DNA of 64,000 bases from Callorhinchus milii (GCF_018977255.1 NW_024704742.1:2358001-2422000), one strand, 5' to 3'; counted from the first letter of the stretch, positions 11,736 to 24,839 are shown. Notes: generated by a model from the sequence alone, not told the origin. Made by a program: numbers and translations.

Positions 11736-13424
11736 AAAATAAAAATACTCGTGCCAAATTCAGAATGTCACCGACGTGCTTTGGGATGTCCTCCCAAAGC
11801 GAAAGGCATTATATAAATAAATGTAGTTTGTATTGTGAAAGACGTTTTCCATTCAGTAGCTGTCAGTCTGCTCCTGATCAGTATTCATGCTGTTCGCCCG
11901 CTGTATATCGAATTATTCTGGAAATGTAGAAAACCAGCAATTGTAAAAGGATTGGGAATTGGAGCTGGGAAAATCCCTTTCAAATGAATAAGTGAGCACA
12001 AGATATTGCGAGAGCCTCGAAGAATACGAAATGAGTCAACATCCATTTCTTTCTAATAATCTGGATAATCCAGCTAGATTTTTACTGGTCAATACAATCT
12101 GTTTGACAAAGGCATCATGTTTCTGAAGATGGATGAGGAATTCTATCCACCAAAGAGATATTGGATCTCGGTGTCTTGCCCTTGCAAGTTTCGTGAAAAC
12201 TAAAATTCCAATAGCCGTGATTATTTGTAAAAAGGATTGTTAAACCAGAAAGACGAAAACCTGAGTTGGAAAGAAAAATAGCTCCTCAGGAAAGCTGTAG
12301 TGTTATTGGTACCATCAAACCAAGGACCTGTCGGTCTATTTCAAGCCTTCTGATTTATTATTATTTTGTAGGGCAATAGTTACTGGGGGTTAAAAAGTGG
12401 ATGTCACATTGGTTATTGTCTATATGTTTAATACTGTTAAAAGACACTGATTTAGCCCAAGTTCACTTGTAGCACAGATGTTATTCCCATAAGGATGGCA
12501 CTCTGGCTTCTCTTGCTAAATGGATACCTTCAGCAAAGCCATTTTGGTATTGATGTCCCTGCCTGAGTATTGGCCAAACCAGTTGCCACAGGAATTGATG
12601 TCAGCAACAACCGGATGACCCAGAAGGCAATTATTGTTTCGCACTTCATTTTAACGCAGAGTTCTGAGTTTAATGGACCTCAAACTGCCATTTCACAATG
12701 GGTGGGTTGGGGATGGGGTCACCCTACAGACTGGTAGTGCTGCCGGCCACAGCACTGTGCCACAAAGAGGTTCAAGCTGTTTTGCTGTTTTTAATTGGGA
12801 AGTCCATATCGAATGCAGTGCCACGTGTGATGCATTGTGAGGGAGCAGTGAGAACACGAGTGAAGCCCTTTCTGAATGGTAGTCTGTGGAGTAAATGTAA
12901 GGTTAAACAGACAAACCGAAGACGACTACTACAAATAAATAACACCGTCTTCTGCTGTAAATCCGGAGTGGAAGATGCATGACACGTTGCCGGAATCATC
13001 AGACAGTAGTAGTTTATAAAGCAGATCAACCCATCGTTAAAGCGCGTACAGAATGCAATTCGAAGGCTAAGGTCGTTTCCTCCACAAAGTGTTAGTTTGT
13101 GGTGCGTTACAATTGATTCTTCACTGTGCAGCACTTATTTCACTGAGCCTGGGTCCCAAATACCAAAATTACAAGTCAGGCACAAAGCGAACGCTTCCAC
13201 ATTAAGATTATCTCCAGTTTAAAAATCATTAAATAGCAATAATCCTTTTTTTTTGCGCGATACTCTCTAATCCAACGCAAATACAGTTTCATCGAATTTA
13301 AAAAGGGAGCTTTAAATGACTTTTCTTTTTATCAACGACCAAGGACGGCTGACTTCAGGGGTCATCACTTCCTGAGCGTTACTGAAAAGCCCCATGTTGG
13401 ATTCATATCGCGTAAGGTGAAGCT

Positions 13425-13765
13425 CCAGGTGACACTGGAGGTGTGCTGCATTGTCAGAGGTGCCGTCCTTTAAATAAGACAAACAGGTCCCATCTGCCTG
13501 GTCAGGTGGATGTTAAAGATCCCACGGCCCTATTCAAGAAAAGAACGGAGTTTCTCCCTGTGTCCTGCCCGACAATCCCCCGAATGAAAGGATCGGTCAC
13601 TCGCTCCATGGCTGTTTGCGACACGTTGTCGTGTGGAAACTGTCCGCTGTGTTTCACCCACAAAATACGCAATCCCTAACCACTGTACAGTATATCCTAT
13701 GAGGCTCTTTAAGACATCTCGACGGCCTGATAAAGCGCTATATCAAATGCAAGGATTATTATTAT
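13425..13765 (+). mobile_element. Deu-domain SINE, 5'-truncated
   Basis: GTGCTGCATTGTCAGAGGTGCCGTCC...GTTAAAGATCCCACGGC...shared 3' module, (TTA)n. Confidence 0.85.
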
Positions 13766-14399
13766 TCTTTATCATTAATATTGTGGACTACTTTGAGGTT
13801 ATATTAATACAGCGGATATTGCATATTGAAGTCAATCGGAGGAAGTGAGTATATCGGAACAGACCGATAGTGGTAAGAGGGTGAGTTGAAATGCAAAATT
13901 ATTAACCGACGGATTCGGGCCAAGCCATCAGCATTCTTGGCAATTGATCTCGTCCGTTGACCATCCGTCTTATGTCTACAAATACCATGGGGGAAGTGAG
14001 GTGAGGGGAAAGCACGTCAACTTGGGTTGAACTAGCGCTGAGTTAACGTGTCTGCACATAGGAATGTGTATGCATGGGCAGGAGGCGGGAAGTTGGGTGT
14101 CATTTTATTCTGAAACGTGCCGCAGACACATTTTAAAATTTGACGACTCTATAATCGTGCGTCGCTTGTGTCGGGGTTAGGAGCGAGGGAGGGAGGAAAG
14201 TTTCTTGTTCCTGAGGGAGCCTTCATAGCGAGATGTGATTATTACGACTGAGGCTCGGGGCATCGAGCTCTCTCACAAGAACACCTTGAAAGGAGGTGGA
14301 AATAATTATTCTTTTAAACCTGAGAACGAGGAAGCACATTCTGGGCTTTTCAAAAGAATCAAGAAACGGCTCAACTTTAGAGGCCAGTTATCGAACCCA

Positions 14400-14560
14400 A
14401 ATCCTTGCATTTGATAGGGCGCCCTACACGTCAGGAGAACGTGGCAAAGTGATTTACTGTAAAGTGTAGTGACTGTGCATTCCGCGGGTGAAAGCGGCAG
14501 CCGTTTTGCCCACAAACAGTCGTGAAGGTAACTTGCCCTCGCCACGTGCACGGAACAAGT
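14400..14560 (-). mobile_element. SINE 3' module fragment
   Basis: AATCCTTGCATTTGATAGGGCGCC...TTTACTGTAAAGTGTAGTGACTGTG. Confidence 0.7.
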
Positions 14561-14839
14561 CTGCAACGTTGAATGAAGCCTCCGGTAGCAGATTCTATGG
14601 AGAAAAGGTGCCTTGTGTTCTGGAGTGGCTCCGTGTGGTTCGTCCAGCCCGGGAATGAATCCGGAGGGCACTGAGAGGATACCAAGAAGCGATGCACGTT
14701 TTTGAATCAAATGCTATCAATGTATGATAATTTAATCAGAGTGGAAATATGGAAGTAGAACCCTGTTATAATTCACCTTGTTTTAACCTTGGGTCGCTAA
14801 CACTGCATTTGGCTTGGACCATTAGAATTTATCGTCACC

Positions 14840-14958
14840 CTTGAAAACGTGTCTGAGATCACGCCTTGAAATCGTACGTGCAATCGCGCGTGAAACGCTT
14901 GAAATCGTACCTGAAATCGGGTTTGAAATCGGACTTGAGACCGTACCCGAAATCTCGT
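14840..14958. repeat. Degenerate 12-bp tandem array (consensus about CTTGAAATCGTA)
   Basis: About 10 units: cttgaaatcgta, cgtgcaatcgcg, cgtgaaacg, cttgaaatcgta, cctgaaatcggg, tttgaaatcgga, cttgagaccgta, cccgaaatctcg, plus two weaker upstream units. Confidence 0.8.
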
Positions 14959-15371
14959 GGTCGTGCTTCAAAGTGTGTCATCACATAACACCGCGGCATT
15001 GTGCGACTTGTTGCGTGTTGATGCATTGCGTGACTAGCCAAGTAATTTCGATCATATCATGTCCTGTTATGAGTCGGGTTGGAGTTTATGAATCTTCATT
15101 TCCTCCCCGTCAATCGAAGCCTTACCACGGCTTCCACATGTGTATGTGATCTCGTTGATCGCGATGTATTCGAAGATTGGTATCCAGTACTCATCAGGTT
15201 ATTAATAATTACTGTACGCAAACATGTGATGGTAATAGGTACAAGATTTTTTTCTGCCACTGTTTGGTTTGGTTACCGTTACACATCTAAAAAAAATTAT
15301 TCACAGAAAAAAATCGCAACCTGATGGGGGATTATTAAAAGTTGAAAGAGATTGATTACCTCAAAATGCAA

Positions 15372-15690
15372 CCACTACAACTATTACTACTGCTACTATT
15401 AATCCTCGCATTTGATACAGACCCTTATCGCGTCGTTGAGACATCTCAAAGCACTTCACAGGATATACTGCAAAGCGAAGTAACTGTGATTTTGTGGGCA
15501 AAACGTGACATACAGTTGTGCACAGCAATGTCCCATAAACAGCCATGGTGTGAGTGACCAATTTTATTGCGGGGGTAATTTTTGGCCAGGACACCGGGAG
15601 AAATTCCCTTCTGTTATCAAAAAGTGCCGGGGAGATCTTTATCGTCCACCACAACAGGCAGTTGTGGCCTTGTTTTAACATCTCATCCGC
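15372..15690 (-). mobile_element. Deu-domain SINE, 5'-truncated
   Basis: Reverse 3' module plus GGCCAGGACACCGGGAG...GATCTTTATCGTCCACC...TTTAACATCTCATCCG. Confidence 0.85.
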
Positions 15691-15714
15691 AGGATTTCGG
15701 ATAAACTAAGACAG

Positions 15715-15870
15715 AAGGGTAAGGGGGAGCAGATTCAAGGTTGTGAAGGATAGTTTGAGGACAGACATCAGGAATTGTTACTCTACAGAGAGGATAACAA
15801 ACAGCTCAAACAGATTGTGGTAGATGCCAGGACACTGGATCTATTTCAGGCCAAAGCTTCATAAGGCGGA
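15715..15870 (+). mobile_element. CR1 3' fragment
   Basis: AGGACAGACATCAGGAATTGTTACTCTACAGAGAGG (decayed RTDIRKxFFTQR). Confidence 0.65.
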
Positions 15871-16884
15871 GAGTATGTTTGTTGCAGGGAATCTCTGTTA
15901 TAATGCCCCGTTAACTCATAGGTTTGTGTTCCACGGACCTGAGCTGACAGGTTTCTGATGCTTCCTAGGGTCGGCTTCAGCAGCTCACGTGCAATATTCA
16001 TGGGTGACAACTGTAGGATGTGCTTTGCACTGGGATTTATGGCTAAGGTCAGGCTAAAGGGGAGGACTAAATGCAAGCAAAGAAGCCATCAGAGCTTGCG
16101 ATGAGTCCTCAAAATGTCACCGACTGATAAATGTACACAGTTTGCATGACGACCTCAAGGTGACGGTTGAGTTGTGGAGACTCTCGGCAAAAGACCTAAA
16201 TATTACATAGTGCTGAGCAATGTGACAAAATACGGAACCTGTAAATAACGAGGTCATCAGTGAGTCGGAAAGGCCTGCCTGCAAATGGCTTAAACCGGGT
16301 ACGGCATCGGCAACTCAAAAATATTTTGTTGCCTGCCGGGAGAATTTCATATGGCAATAAAATGGCCATTTTGTTCACTACTGCGAACGTGCCTGTGGCC
16401 ACTTACCCCTCCGCTTTGCTCGGCATCCAACCCGACCACTGTACAGCGATCCGATGTGAAGGGCGCGATACTAAAGGCAAGTTGTTGTCGTCGTGGTATC
16501 TGTTATGTGAGGAAGTGTGAAATTACATTCCCCATTGCTTTTCTATGAACTCTTCACCTCAAGCCTTTTGTTCCTGTTGTTTATTAGAGTTTTAAACACC
16601 TGAAAATGTTTTCCTATTTCCCACGCCATGTGTATGTAAGACGTATTATTACTAATGAGATTGGAACAGTAAGATCAGACCCCCGCAAATCTGCAGTACT
16701 TCACAGCAGTGCTGACAGCAGGGCAGCCAGCCTGGACACGGGAGACACTCTTTCCTTCCAACACCTTCTCTATACATTCTCAGTCTTTCACTCCCTTTCC
16801 CAATTTTTCCATTCCTCAGCTGCGTTTAGTTTCATCCGGCTGTCCGTCCTCTATCCTCCCACATTTATCTTCAATTACACGCCT

Positions 16885-17241
16885 GTGGACACCAGTCTGC
16901 TTTATGTCCCCCCACCCCACCCCCACACTTTCCGCCCCGCCATTGGCAGTTGGGCATTCAGCATCTCTGCCCCCGCGCTCTGGAGCTCTATCCGGCAATC
17001 CCTCCGCCTCAACCCATCACTGGCCTCCTTCAAGTCCCGTCTGAAGACCTTCCTCTTCGACCGTGCGTATCGGCCATCCTCCCACTCACACGCCCAACAC
17101 ACCCCTCCTCCCACCCTCCTCCCCTTCTGACCCCAACTCCCAGCTCGCGTGCAAAGCTCCTGATTGTCCGGTGCCCTGGGAGGTCTTTCCGACGTGAAGG
17201 GAGAGCACTATACAAGTGTGATCTGTTTTTGTTGTTGTTGC
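16885..17241 (+). mobile_element. L2 LINE 3' end
   Basis: Encodes GSWAFSISAPALWSSI...SLASFKSRLKTFLF (L2 terminal RAFSxxAPxLWNxLP..FKxxLKTxLF motif); (TTG)n tail. Confidence 0.85.
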
Positions 17242-17499
17242 TGAGAGTTAATTGAAATACATTCACTGCAGTTTCACACTGTATGGTGGCAAGTTGTTGT
17301 TCTCCGTTGTATTATTTTTTGAGCAGACGGAAAAAGATTGATTCGTTTCTCCTCTTACATTCTCTTTTACTTGATATTTTCTGAGCTCTCTCTCTCTCTT
17401 TCTCTCTGTTTCAAAAGGCGAAGGCCTTTGATGTGCAAGCCTGCCTCTGTGCTTCGCTAATGACTTGCAGCGTGGAGACGAGTAGCAGAAGCCAAGACT

Positions 17500-17772
17500 A
17501 ACTCTCTAAAGTCCTGGGGTGGTTCTAGTTGGACAAGCGGTGGGCAAGTTTGCCAGACAGTAATATCAATAGCAAGCTTTGCGGTTTTTGCTGGTTAGAC
17601 TCCAACAGTACCCCATTCCACGCGCCAGTTCTCCAAGACTTGGCTCCCGCCAACCTGCGTATAACATTTTCCGGGATTAGGTCAGCAGGAAGCGTCCCTC
17701 CAGGGAGCGAGAGAGAGAGAGAGAGAGAGTGCATTCCATTTCAATAATCTACCTCTGGGATTTCCATGTATA
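17500..17772 (+). repeat. Unclassified dispersed repeat, copy A
   Basis: TAGACTCCAACAGTACCCC...TTGGCTCCCGCCAACCTGCG...GGGATTTCCATGTA aligns with 46790-47040. Confidence 0.75.
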
Positions 17773-17934
17773 CTCTTAAGTATGGCGATGGATTTTCGAA
17801 TGTGTCACACACGCAGCTTACCAAAAAGAAAGTTAAAATCCTGCAGCCCTCCCCCTCCCTCCCCCTCTATCCTGTGGCATTTTTTTTCCCACGAGATGAC
17901 AAGAATCAGTTGGGGTGAAGAAGATCTTCTGGCA

Positions 17935-18140
17935 CATCTGATTTCATCCACCCACCCACCCACCCACCCACCCACCCGACTGTCTCCCCCATCATTGCAT
18001 CAGGCTGAATTTTTGAAACGAGTCCAAGAGTCTTGGCCTGAACCATCCTTCCCGACAACTTGTTCCGGCGTTTAATTACCCTCTGGCCGAAGGAAAAAAC
18101 GTCCTGATGTCTGTCCGGAAATTAACTTTGCTTAGCTTTG
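17935..18140 (-). mobile_element. CR1 3' fragment with embedded (CCCA)n
   Basis: CAACTTGTTCC..TTAATTACCCTCTGG..AAAAAACGTCCTGATGTCTGTCC, the reverse of GGACAGACATCAGG. Confidence 0.65.
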
Positions 18141-19404
18141 ACAGGGTCATCTGTTATCGCTTTGTGTGGGTATTTACTGCTTGCCCTGGTTTGGGAGGGG
18201 TGAATGGACACATAATATAGAAAATAGCCGGGTTCTTGCAAAAAAAAATAAAAGCACAACTTTCCAGATCATTTGTGAGGATGGGATAAATTCAACCCGA
18301 GTATTTTTTTGGATATTGGCTTGGCATTTTAAAATAAAACTAAAAAACAACACCAGTCCAATTTCTAAGTCTTCTGTTTTATTGGGGGGAAAATAAAATG
18401 TCAACAGTTTCAACAATGCAAATCGCAATTGGACTGTACCACAGTGGAAGGATAAAAGCAGTCCAGCGCCTTGGGATGAAAGGTAGGAAGTCGGAGACAA
18501 ACAATCTAGTTAATTTGATCCTTGATAATAAATAGGACAAATCTAAACCAACTAGTAATTGGACACACTTGGCTTTTTCACTCTACATTTTAGTGAACTA
18601 GTTAGTTGCAATGTGGCACAAGATTGGGATGTATTTTAGCCTGAGAGCTATAGGGAACAGAGCTAATTAAATACTAAGAGTTTAATTGATTTGGATTGTT
18701 ATCGGTTTACAATAACATTGGCAGAACTATCACAAATACACTAATTGCCTTCCCACTCAGGTGACTCAACAAATGCTTGCCGGGAAGAATTTAATGCGAT
18801 CTTTTTATTGAATCTGGCTTGATATATTGAGGTGAACAAAACGGCTGGAAAATTCAATGAGGGCGGGAAAAGACAACGGAGTGATCACACTGGAAACTCG
18901 AGACTCAAAAAAGCATTCCTTAAAGGAAATGTACATGCAGTCCATTTTAAACCATTGTTCATCTCACACACCGAAACGATGAATGACTTTTATGCTTTTT
19001 TTTTTGCTTCGTATCAGCTCACAATGAAAGTGTTGCACTTTGATCTTGGGCGTTGCAACTGGAGATTTATTTCTCCACCACACGCACATTCAAGGCAAAA
19101 ATTCTCGCATTAAGTGGCAAACATTCCCTTAGCAACAAAACGGCCACCGATGAATGCATAGATCCAGAAGACATATACAAGCCAATTAAACAGCTGCGGC
19201 AATAAATGCTTACCTTTTTTATGGCACCACTCACGTTTGCGGGAAGTATGCCTTCAATTCTATTAGTGCTTCCATTATTTACTTGAAGATGAGATATATA
19301 CTTTGTATTTATTTCTGTATATTTTGGAACCTTTTAGATAAACTGATCCAAAAGGTGGATTCCACTCAGCGGCTTATAAATGCATCACCAGATTGTGTTA
19401 TTAA

Positions 19405-19833
19405 AGTAATAATCATTGTATTTGATGTAGTGCCTTTAGCATGAGTAATGCCTCAAAGAGCTTCACACTGACTGTGATTTTGTATTTGTTGGCGAATGCA
19501 GCAGCCAATTTACACATGTTACTGTCACACAGACAGCTGTGAAGTAAATAGCTAATTTTATCCGGAGAATTGGTGGCCAGGACACTGCGAGAAATTCCCT
19601 TCTCCGTTTCAAATAGTGCCATGAGATCTTTAACGTCTACCTGAGCAGGCAGGCAACAAGACTACGGCTTAATGTCTCAACCAAAACATGACACCTCTGA
19701 CCGTACAGCACACAGCCCAGCTCCGCGATGGAGATCCAGCCCTGGATTATGAGCTCAAGAGTCTTGCTTTGGAGTTTGAATCCACAACTTTCTGACACAG
19801 ATATGAGAGTTCCTCCAGCTGAGCTGGGCTGAC
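19405..19833 (-). mobile_element. Full-length degraded Deu-domain SINE
   Basis: Reverse tail at the left, GTGCCATGAGATCTTTAACGTC core, reverse head TTTGAATCC...GAGCTGGGCTGAC at the right. Confidence 0.8.
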
Positions 19834-19964
19834 AAATAATTGACCATTACGTGATAACTAATCAGATCCGACCGGCTCTGAGACGTGGACTCTATTTTAT
19901 TTTAAAAATTGCAACACACCTTGCGCCGTATTGAGACACGTTAACTAAAATGCAGAACAATGCT

Positions 19965-20370
19965 AGAGAACCGTAGAAATTTACAGCACAGAAGAAGGCT
20001 GTTCGACCCATCATATCTGTTCTGTCTCCCTTGCAGTCCCATTTACCTGTCCTTAACTCATGTCCCTTAAGGTATTTATCGCATTCCCTCTTGAAGACAA
20101 AATGCCTCAACCACTGCTCCCGGCTGGGCATTCCAGCTTCTAACTGCTCTGCGTGTGTAAAAAAAATCTCCTAAGCTCTCCTAAATTGATGCCCTTTGGT
20201 TATTGACTCACTGACCAGTGGAAATAATTTCTCCCTGGTGACTACGAAAAGCCCTCATAATATTAATGACCTCAATCAGGTCACTCCTCAACCTTCTTTG
20301 TTGCAGCAGAAAAGGTTTCTGCAGTCTACGCTCGTAGGCCAAACTATTCATGCCCAGTGTCACTGTAGTA
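19965..20370 (-). mobile_element. CR1 3' fragment
   Basis: TAGAAATTTACAGCACAGAAGAAGGCTGTTCGACCCATC...CCTCAACCAC...AATCAGGTCACTCCTCAACCTTCT. Confidence 0.75.
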
Positions 20371-20794
20371 AATCTCCTGGAAATTTACAGTACGGAAGAG
20401 ATATGAATGTAAATTTCTTTTGTCCTGTAATAACTTACAAGTTAAAAGGCTCCTCCCGGAAATAGCCAGGAATGATTTCTTGATCCCCAAAACACAACTA
20501 GAAACCATTTTAAACCTATTTAAAGTGCTAGGTTGCCTCAGTGAATCCCGTATCTGTCGTCATCTCGCCAGGAAGATGTTCCATTCTGCTTCGTTGCATT
20601 TAACATATCTTGATTGATTTACTGTCTGATATAATCTTGTATCTGATCCTCAAAATGCTGCCGTATTTTCTAACCCAATCCAAGACTGACGCATCTCCAA
20701 AAGCAACTTCAACAACAGACAACAACAGTTTATTTTTATATCACGCTTTTCACACAAAGTAATGTTAACAATAAGGGTGGCATCTCACAGAGCT

Positions 20795-20943
20795 CTACCC
20801 CCTCCTCGCTCCCTCCCTTCCCTCCCCTCACCTCACCCTGACCATTTCCCCCCTGCTGGGGTCCTGACCCAACTGTCCAGAGCCTTGGGACGTCCTCCCG
20901 ACGTGAAAGGCGCTCTATAAATGAAATCTTGTTGTTGTTGTTG
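20795..20943 (+). mobile_element. L2 3' UTR and tail
   Basis: CCTTGGGACGTCCTCCCGACGTGAAAGGCGCTCTATAAATG..(TTG)n. Confidence 0.8.
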
Positions 20944-22017
20944 AAACAAAACTTGTAGAATTAAAATACACTTGCCATAGAGTAACATGTGAAAGTGCTT
21001 CACAGAGAAATTGGGGAATAACCAACAGGATGGGAAAGGTGAGGGAGTTCAAAGGACCATTGACCAAATGCAGATCTCAATCTACCTGCTGCCATGTCTT
21101 TCTGGAGATCATTTGTCCACACCACCTGCATGTTGATTATGTCCAAGAAAAGATTTGTTGACCTTGGAAATGAAACATGCTCTGTGGATTTTCCATTGTG
21201 CTTTTGAGGAGTAGGAGATTACAAATAGTTGGATACTCCAACAGTGATTTCGGAGATTGTTTTAACTGTAGATCAACTGCCTGGCTAGCTGCTCTGCTAA
21301 CTAATTGACAGCGAAGAAAGTCTCACCCAGAAGGAAGTCGGCCCTTATGATTAGTCATCTGCCGAGCGACGTAATGCTTTCCAATCTTTCTGCGAGCAAA
21401 GCTATTCTCTGGTTTGAGCTGCATCAAGAGCAAATCGCTGATGTGCAGTTCGTTTGTTGTTCTCAGCTTTTAAGTGGACTGCAAAAGCATTCATTTTTCC
21501 AGTTAATTTGGTAATGCATATCCAGACTCAGGAGAACCCAGACAAAGCTATTCCTCAAACACACAAAATAATTCTTAATACCCCTGCGATCTTGATTGAA
21601 GGAGCACTATAGGAAAAGAGCAGTGCAGAGTAGGGTTATATGGTTTGTGCTGTAATCCTGGCTCGGTATAAGTAGTGTGACGTGCAGTGTAACAGCCTAG
21701 GCATAACATGAGGGGCTGTGCGATTATTGTTGGCTGTGTGAAATATTTTCAATTGGAACAAAATGCTTATTGCTTTGAAGGCAAGGGCAGCTGGCAGTAA
21801 TGGCGTGATTATATTGGCAGTGCTGCATAGGGTGGGGTGGGTGTAATAGATGGATTAGATTGTGACTTTACCTCCTGTTTACACGGGCTTTAGTCTGAAT
21901 TGATCTCCTCTGTTCAGAAGTCAGTGGGCCTGATTTCCAATAACGCAGGCTTGGTATGCAGAATTTAGCAGGTCTGGGGCTTCTTCAAACCACACCTTGT
22001 GCCAAACAACATAAGGC

Positions 22018-22275
22018 AACCACAACAACTTGCATTTGCATCGTGCCTTTCATGCGGGGGTAGGGTATCGGAGGGCTTAAGCGTGGAAGAGCCTGACACC
22101 AAACTGGGGGGGAGGGAGGAGATGACCGTGGACATGGTCAAAAAGGGAGGTCTTCAGGCCTGAATCTGATCAAGGGCAAGGAGGGCATACGGGGAGGGAT
22201 TGAGTGAGAGAGTTCCAGAGTTTTGTGGCATTGTGGCTGGAGAAATGGCCACCCATGGTGGAGCGGAGGAGACAC
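22018..22275 (-). mobile_element. Degraded L2 3' end
   Basis: CAACAACTTGCATTTG...GGTCAAAAAGGGAGGTCTTCAGG...GAGTTCCAGAG, homologous to 9078-9508. Confidence 0.7.
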
Positions 22276-24839
22276 TGAATGCCGATCTAGGGCAAGAGGG
22301 GAGAAGGGGAAGGGAAATTGGCAATGTTCTCACTCAGAGGTATGATTTGAGGCTGGACAAAGACTGAGAGAGAGGGCGATGATACGGAATGATAGAAGGA
22401 AAGAGTTCAAGAGTTTAGGGACATAGGAACAGAATCTAGAAGAACAGCTCAGTGGAATATTGTTGTAGCAATACTCGAGGGAATAAAAACACTTGATTTA
22501 ATTTACTCTCCAGATTGATATTCTCTACAAAGTGGCTTGGTGTGTTGTTGAATCCCAGTGTAATATATACACACGCGTCGAAAGGCCACCAGAGCAGAGT
22601 ATTCAAGGACAGTCAATGCCGGTAAACTGAACGCTCTGTGAAACGGAACCGCCCTTGTTTGGCCCTCCAAGAATTTGTAATGCCATGTTTTGAGAGCCAC
22701 ATCAAAAAGGGAGTCGGAAATAGCCTACTAAACATCGTTATTCGCCCAATCTTCTGTGACATCCTTCAACCCGATTGCTCCCTCCGCTCAGCAAACACCT
22801 GCCCGCTTTGTGTCACCCACTCTATCCACCCTCCCACCCTCAGCAGGTGAGCTTTCCACTCTCGAGGCCCATTTCACGATGTAACCCTTCGACTGTACTT
22901 TCGGTCATCTATCCCTTGCTCACCCCCACGGTGCGGGCTCAAAAACATCTGTGAACGAAGAAGGGGGGCGGGGTGTGGGGGGGGGGGGAGATAAAAAAAA
23001 ACAATCAATCGCACTTCTTTTCCTGGCATTCCAACAGCTGCACAGGCTTGATGCCATTTACAATTTCAAGGGTTACTAAATTTTATTAAAGGAATTACTG
23101 TGTAATTTTATGAAGTGATAAAAATCAATGAGGCGGTGATTTTCAGTTCAATAAAATGCTTTGTGGTTAAATTAATTCCGTTCGCCGAATCCGGCCAATA
23201 GTTCTCCGGCGCGTTTGGTACAAATCGAGGCGGTGAGAAGGGAGGACACGAGGCTGACTATTCTGGAAGCTTGAGATCATGATTCATTATTATGATTCAA
23301 TACAGTGTGGGACAGGTACTTTGCAAATGAGAAAGTACTGAATGTTACTTTAAATATAACTGGCCTCAGTTACTACAGGAGTAATAAATGCACGCTTTCA
23401 ACATACTACCTTTCTTGCCAGGAAGACATTTCAAAGCGTTTCACATGATTTACTGTAAAGTCTTTATTTTGTAAGCCGTCGATTTGCCCAAAGCCACATC
23501 CGACCAACAGCTAAGAAGTAAACGACCGATTTTATTTGGAAACAACGCCCCAAACTCGCTTCTCTTTTCAAGGGAGCCGGGACTCTGATTTAAAGCATTT
23601 ATCTAAAGGGCGGCACATCCAACAACGCAGCACTCGCTCATCAGAAGAGGGCCAGAGTTCAAAATCCCTACATGGGGTTGTCTTCTGACTCGAAAGAGGC
23701 AAGATCCAGCGGCAGAGCCAGGCTTTGCAACTGATTGGGGGGGATGATGGGCCATTAAAGGCACCATCTTTCCATCGATCTTCTTGCTGCCTCATACTTC
23801 CCACTCTGCCTCTCTTTCCTTCGCTCTCCGCGCTGCCTCGCACCAGGGGTGTACGAGACACACACCCTATTACTCCTCTATTACATCCGCCACTGTTGGA
23901 GGGAAGAGCCACAGCGAATTGCTTCAAAAGGCAATCTGACATTAAAGGTGTGCAGATTAATTGTAGGGTACCATGGCACTAAGTTGCCTACAATGATCAG
24001 GTTTCATATCGCTCATATACTTTACAGCCACGGTTAGCTTTACATTCGAGACCTGTACAACTTCTAGTTCACAGGACCGATATGATGCTAATATATCTGA
24101 ATTGATTTTTTTATTAAAAACTGGGCGTAAAGTTATATTTGTTCCCCGAGCATCCATTATTTTGTTAATATTTCGAGTTTTATCTCATCTTCCACTCGCC
24201 CGCCCCATCCCAACCCTCCACTCCACTCTCCGTAGCTCCCACTCTCCATTTAAATAAAAAACACTCTCAGGTACACATGTACAATTATAATGAGTCCTAA
24301 TGGGACTGACTGAAAAACAAAATCCACTTATTATGCTGGTAACTTTATTTTTTTATTAAAAAAAATACAAGTCTCCCTGAGGCAGTGGGTGACACTGTGC
24401 ATGACCTTCCGTTGTTTGTACAGGCATTTATCTTGTAGGTAGCCCTTTTATTTAATTGCCCCCTTGTTAATTCTAAGGAAAATACTGAGAAGGTTAATGC
24501 CGGGAGGCTCTAGCAGAAGAAAGGACTGTCAGGAATATGTTTGCTTGGTTTCGCAGATTTTGGCACCTCATCGCCACAGACATTTATTGAGCACCGAAAA
24601 AAAAGGCTTGTTTGCTTTGGATGGTACTGACAGCTGAAGTGGCTCTCAATAAGGAAGCGAGCCAACGAGAGGCCTCGAGAGACATTGTTTTGAAGTGGCT
24701 ACCTTTTTGCTGCTGTTTACATTTGTTCCCTTCTCCGTCAGTGCTAACGCTCAAATGTGCTGCGAGCCGAACAAAAAATCAATGGAAAGTGGCAGCTGAT
24801 GACAGCGCTGAGGCTGTTCTGTGGGATTAGCGTTCGCGG

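Noticed and set aside
14840..14958. CRISPR-like array
   Set aside because: Units are contiguous 12-mers without unique spacers, in vertebrate DNA with no cas genes.
16606..17130. 174-aa ORF
   Set aside because: The C-terminal half is the L2 ORF2 end; the N-terminal half has no recognisable similarity.
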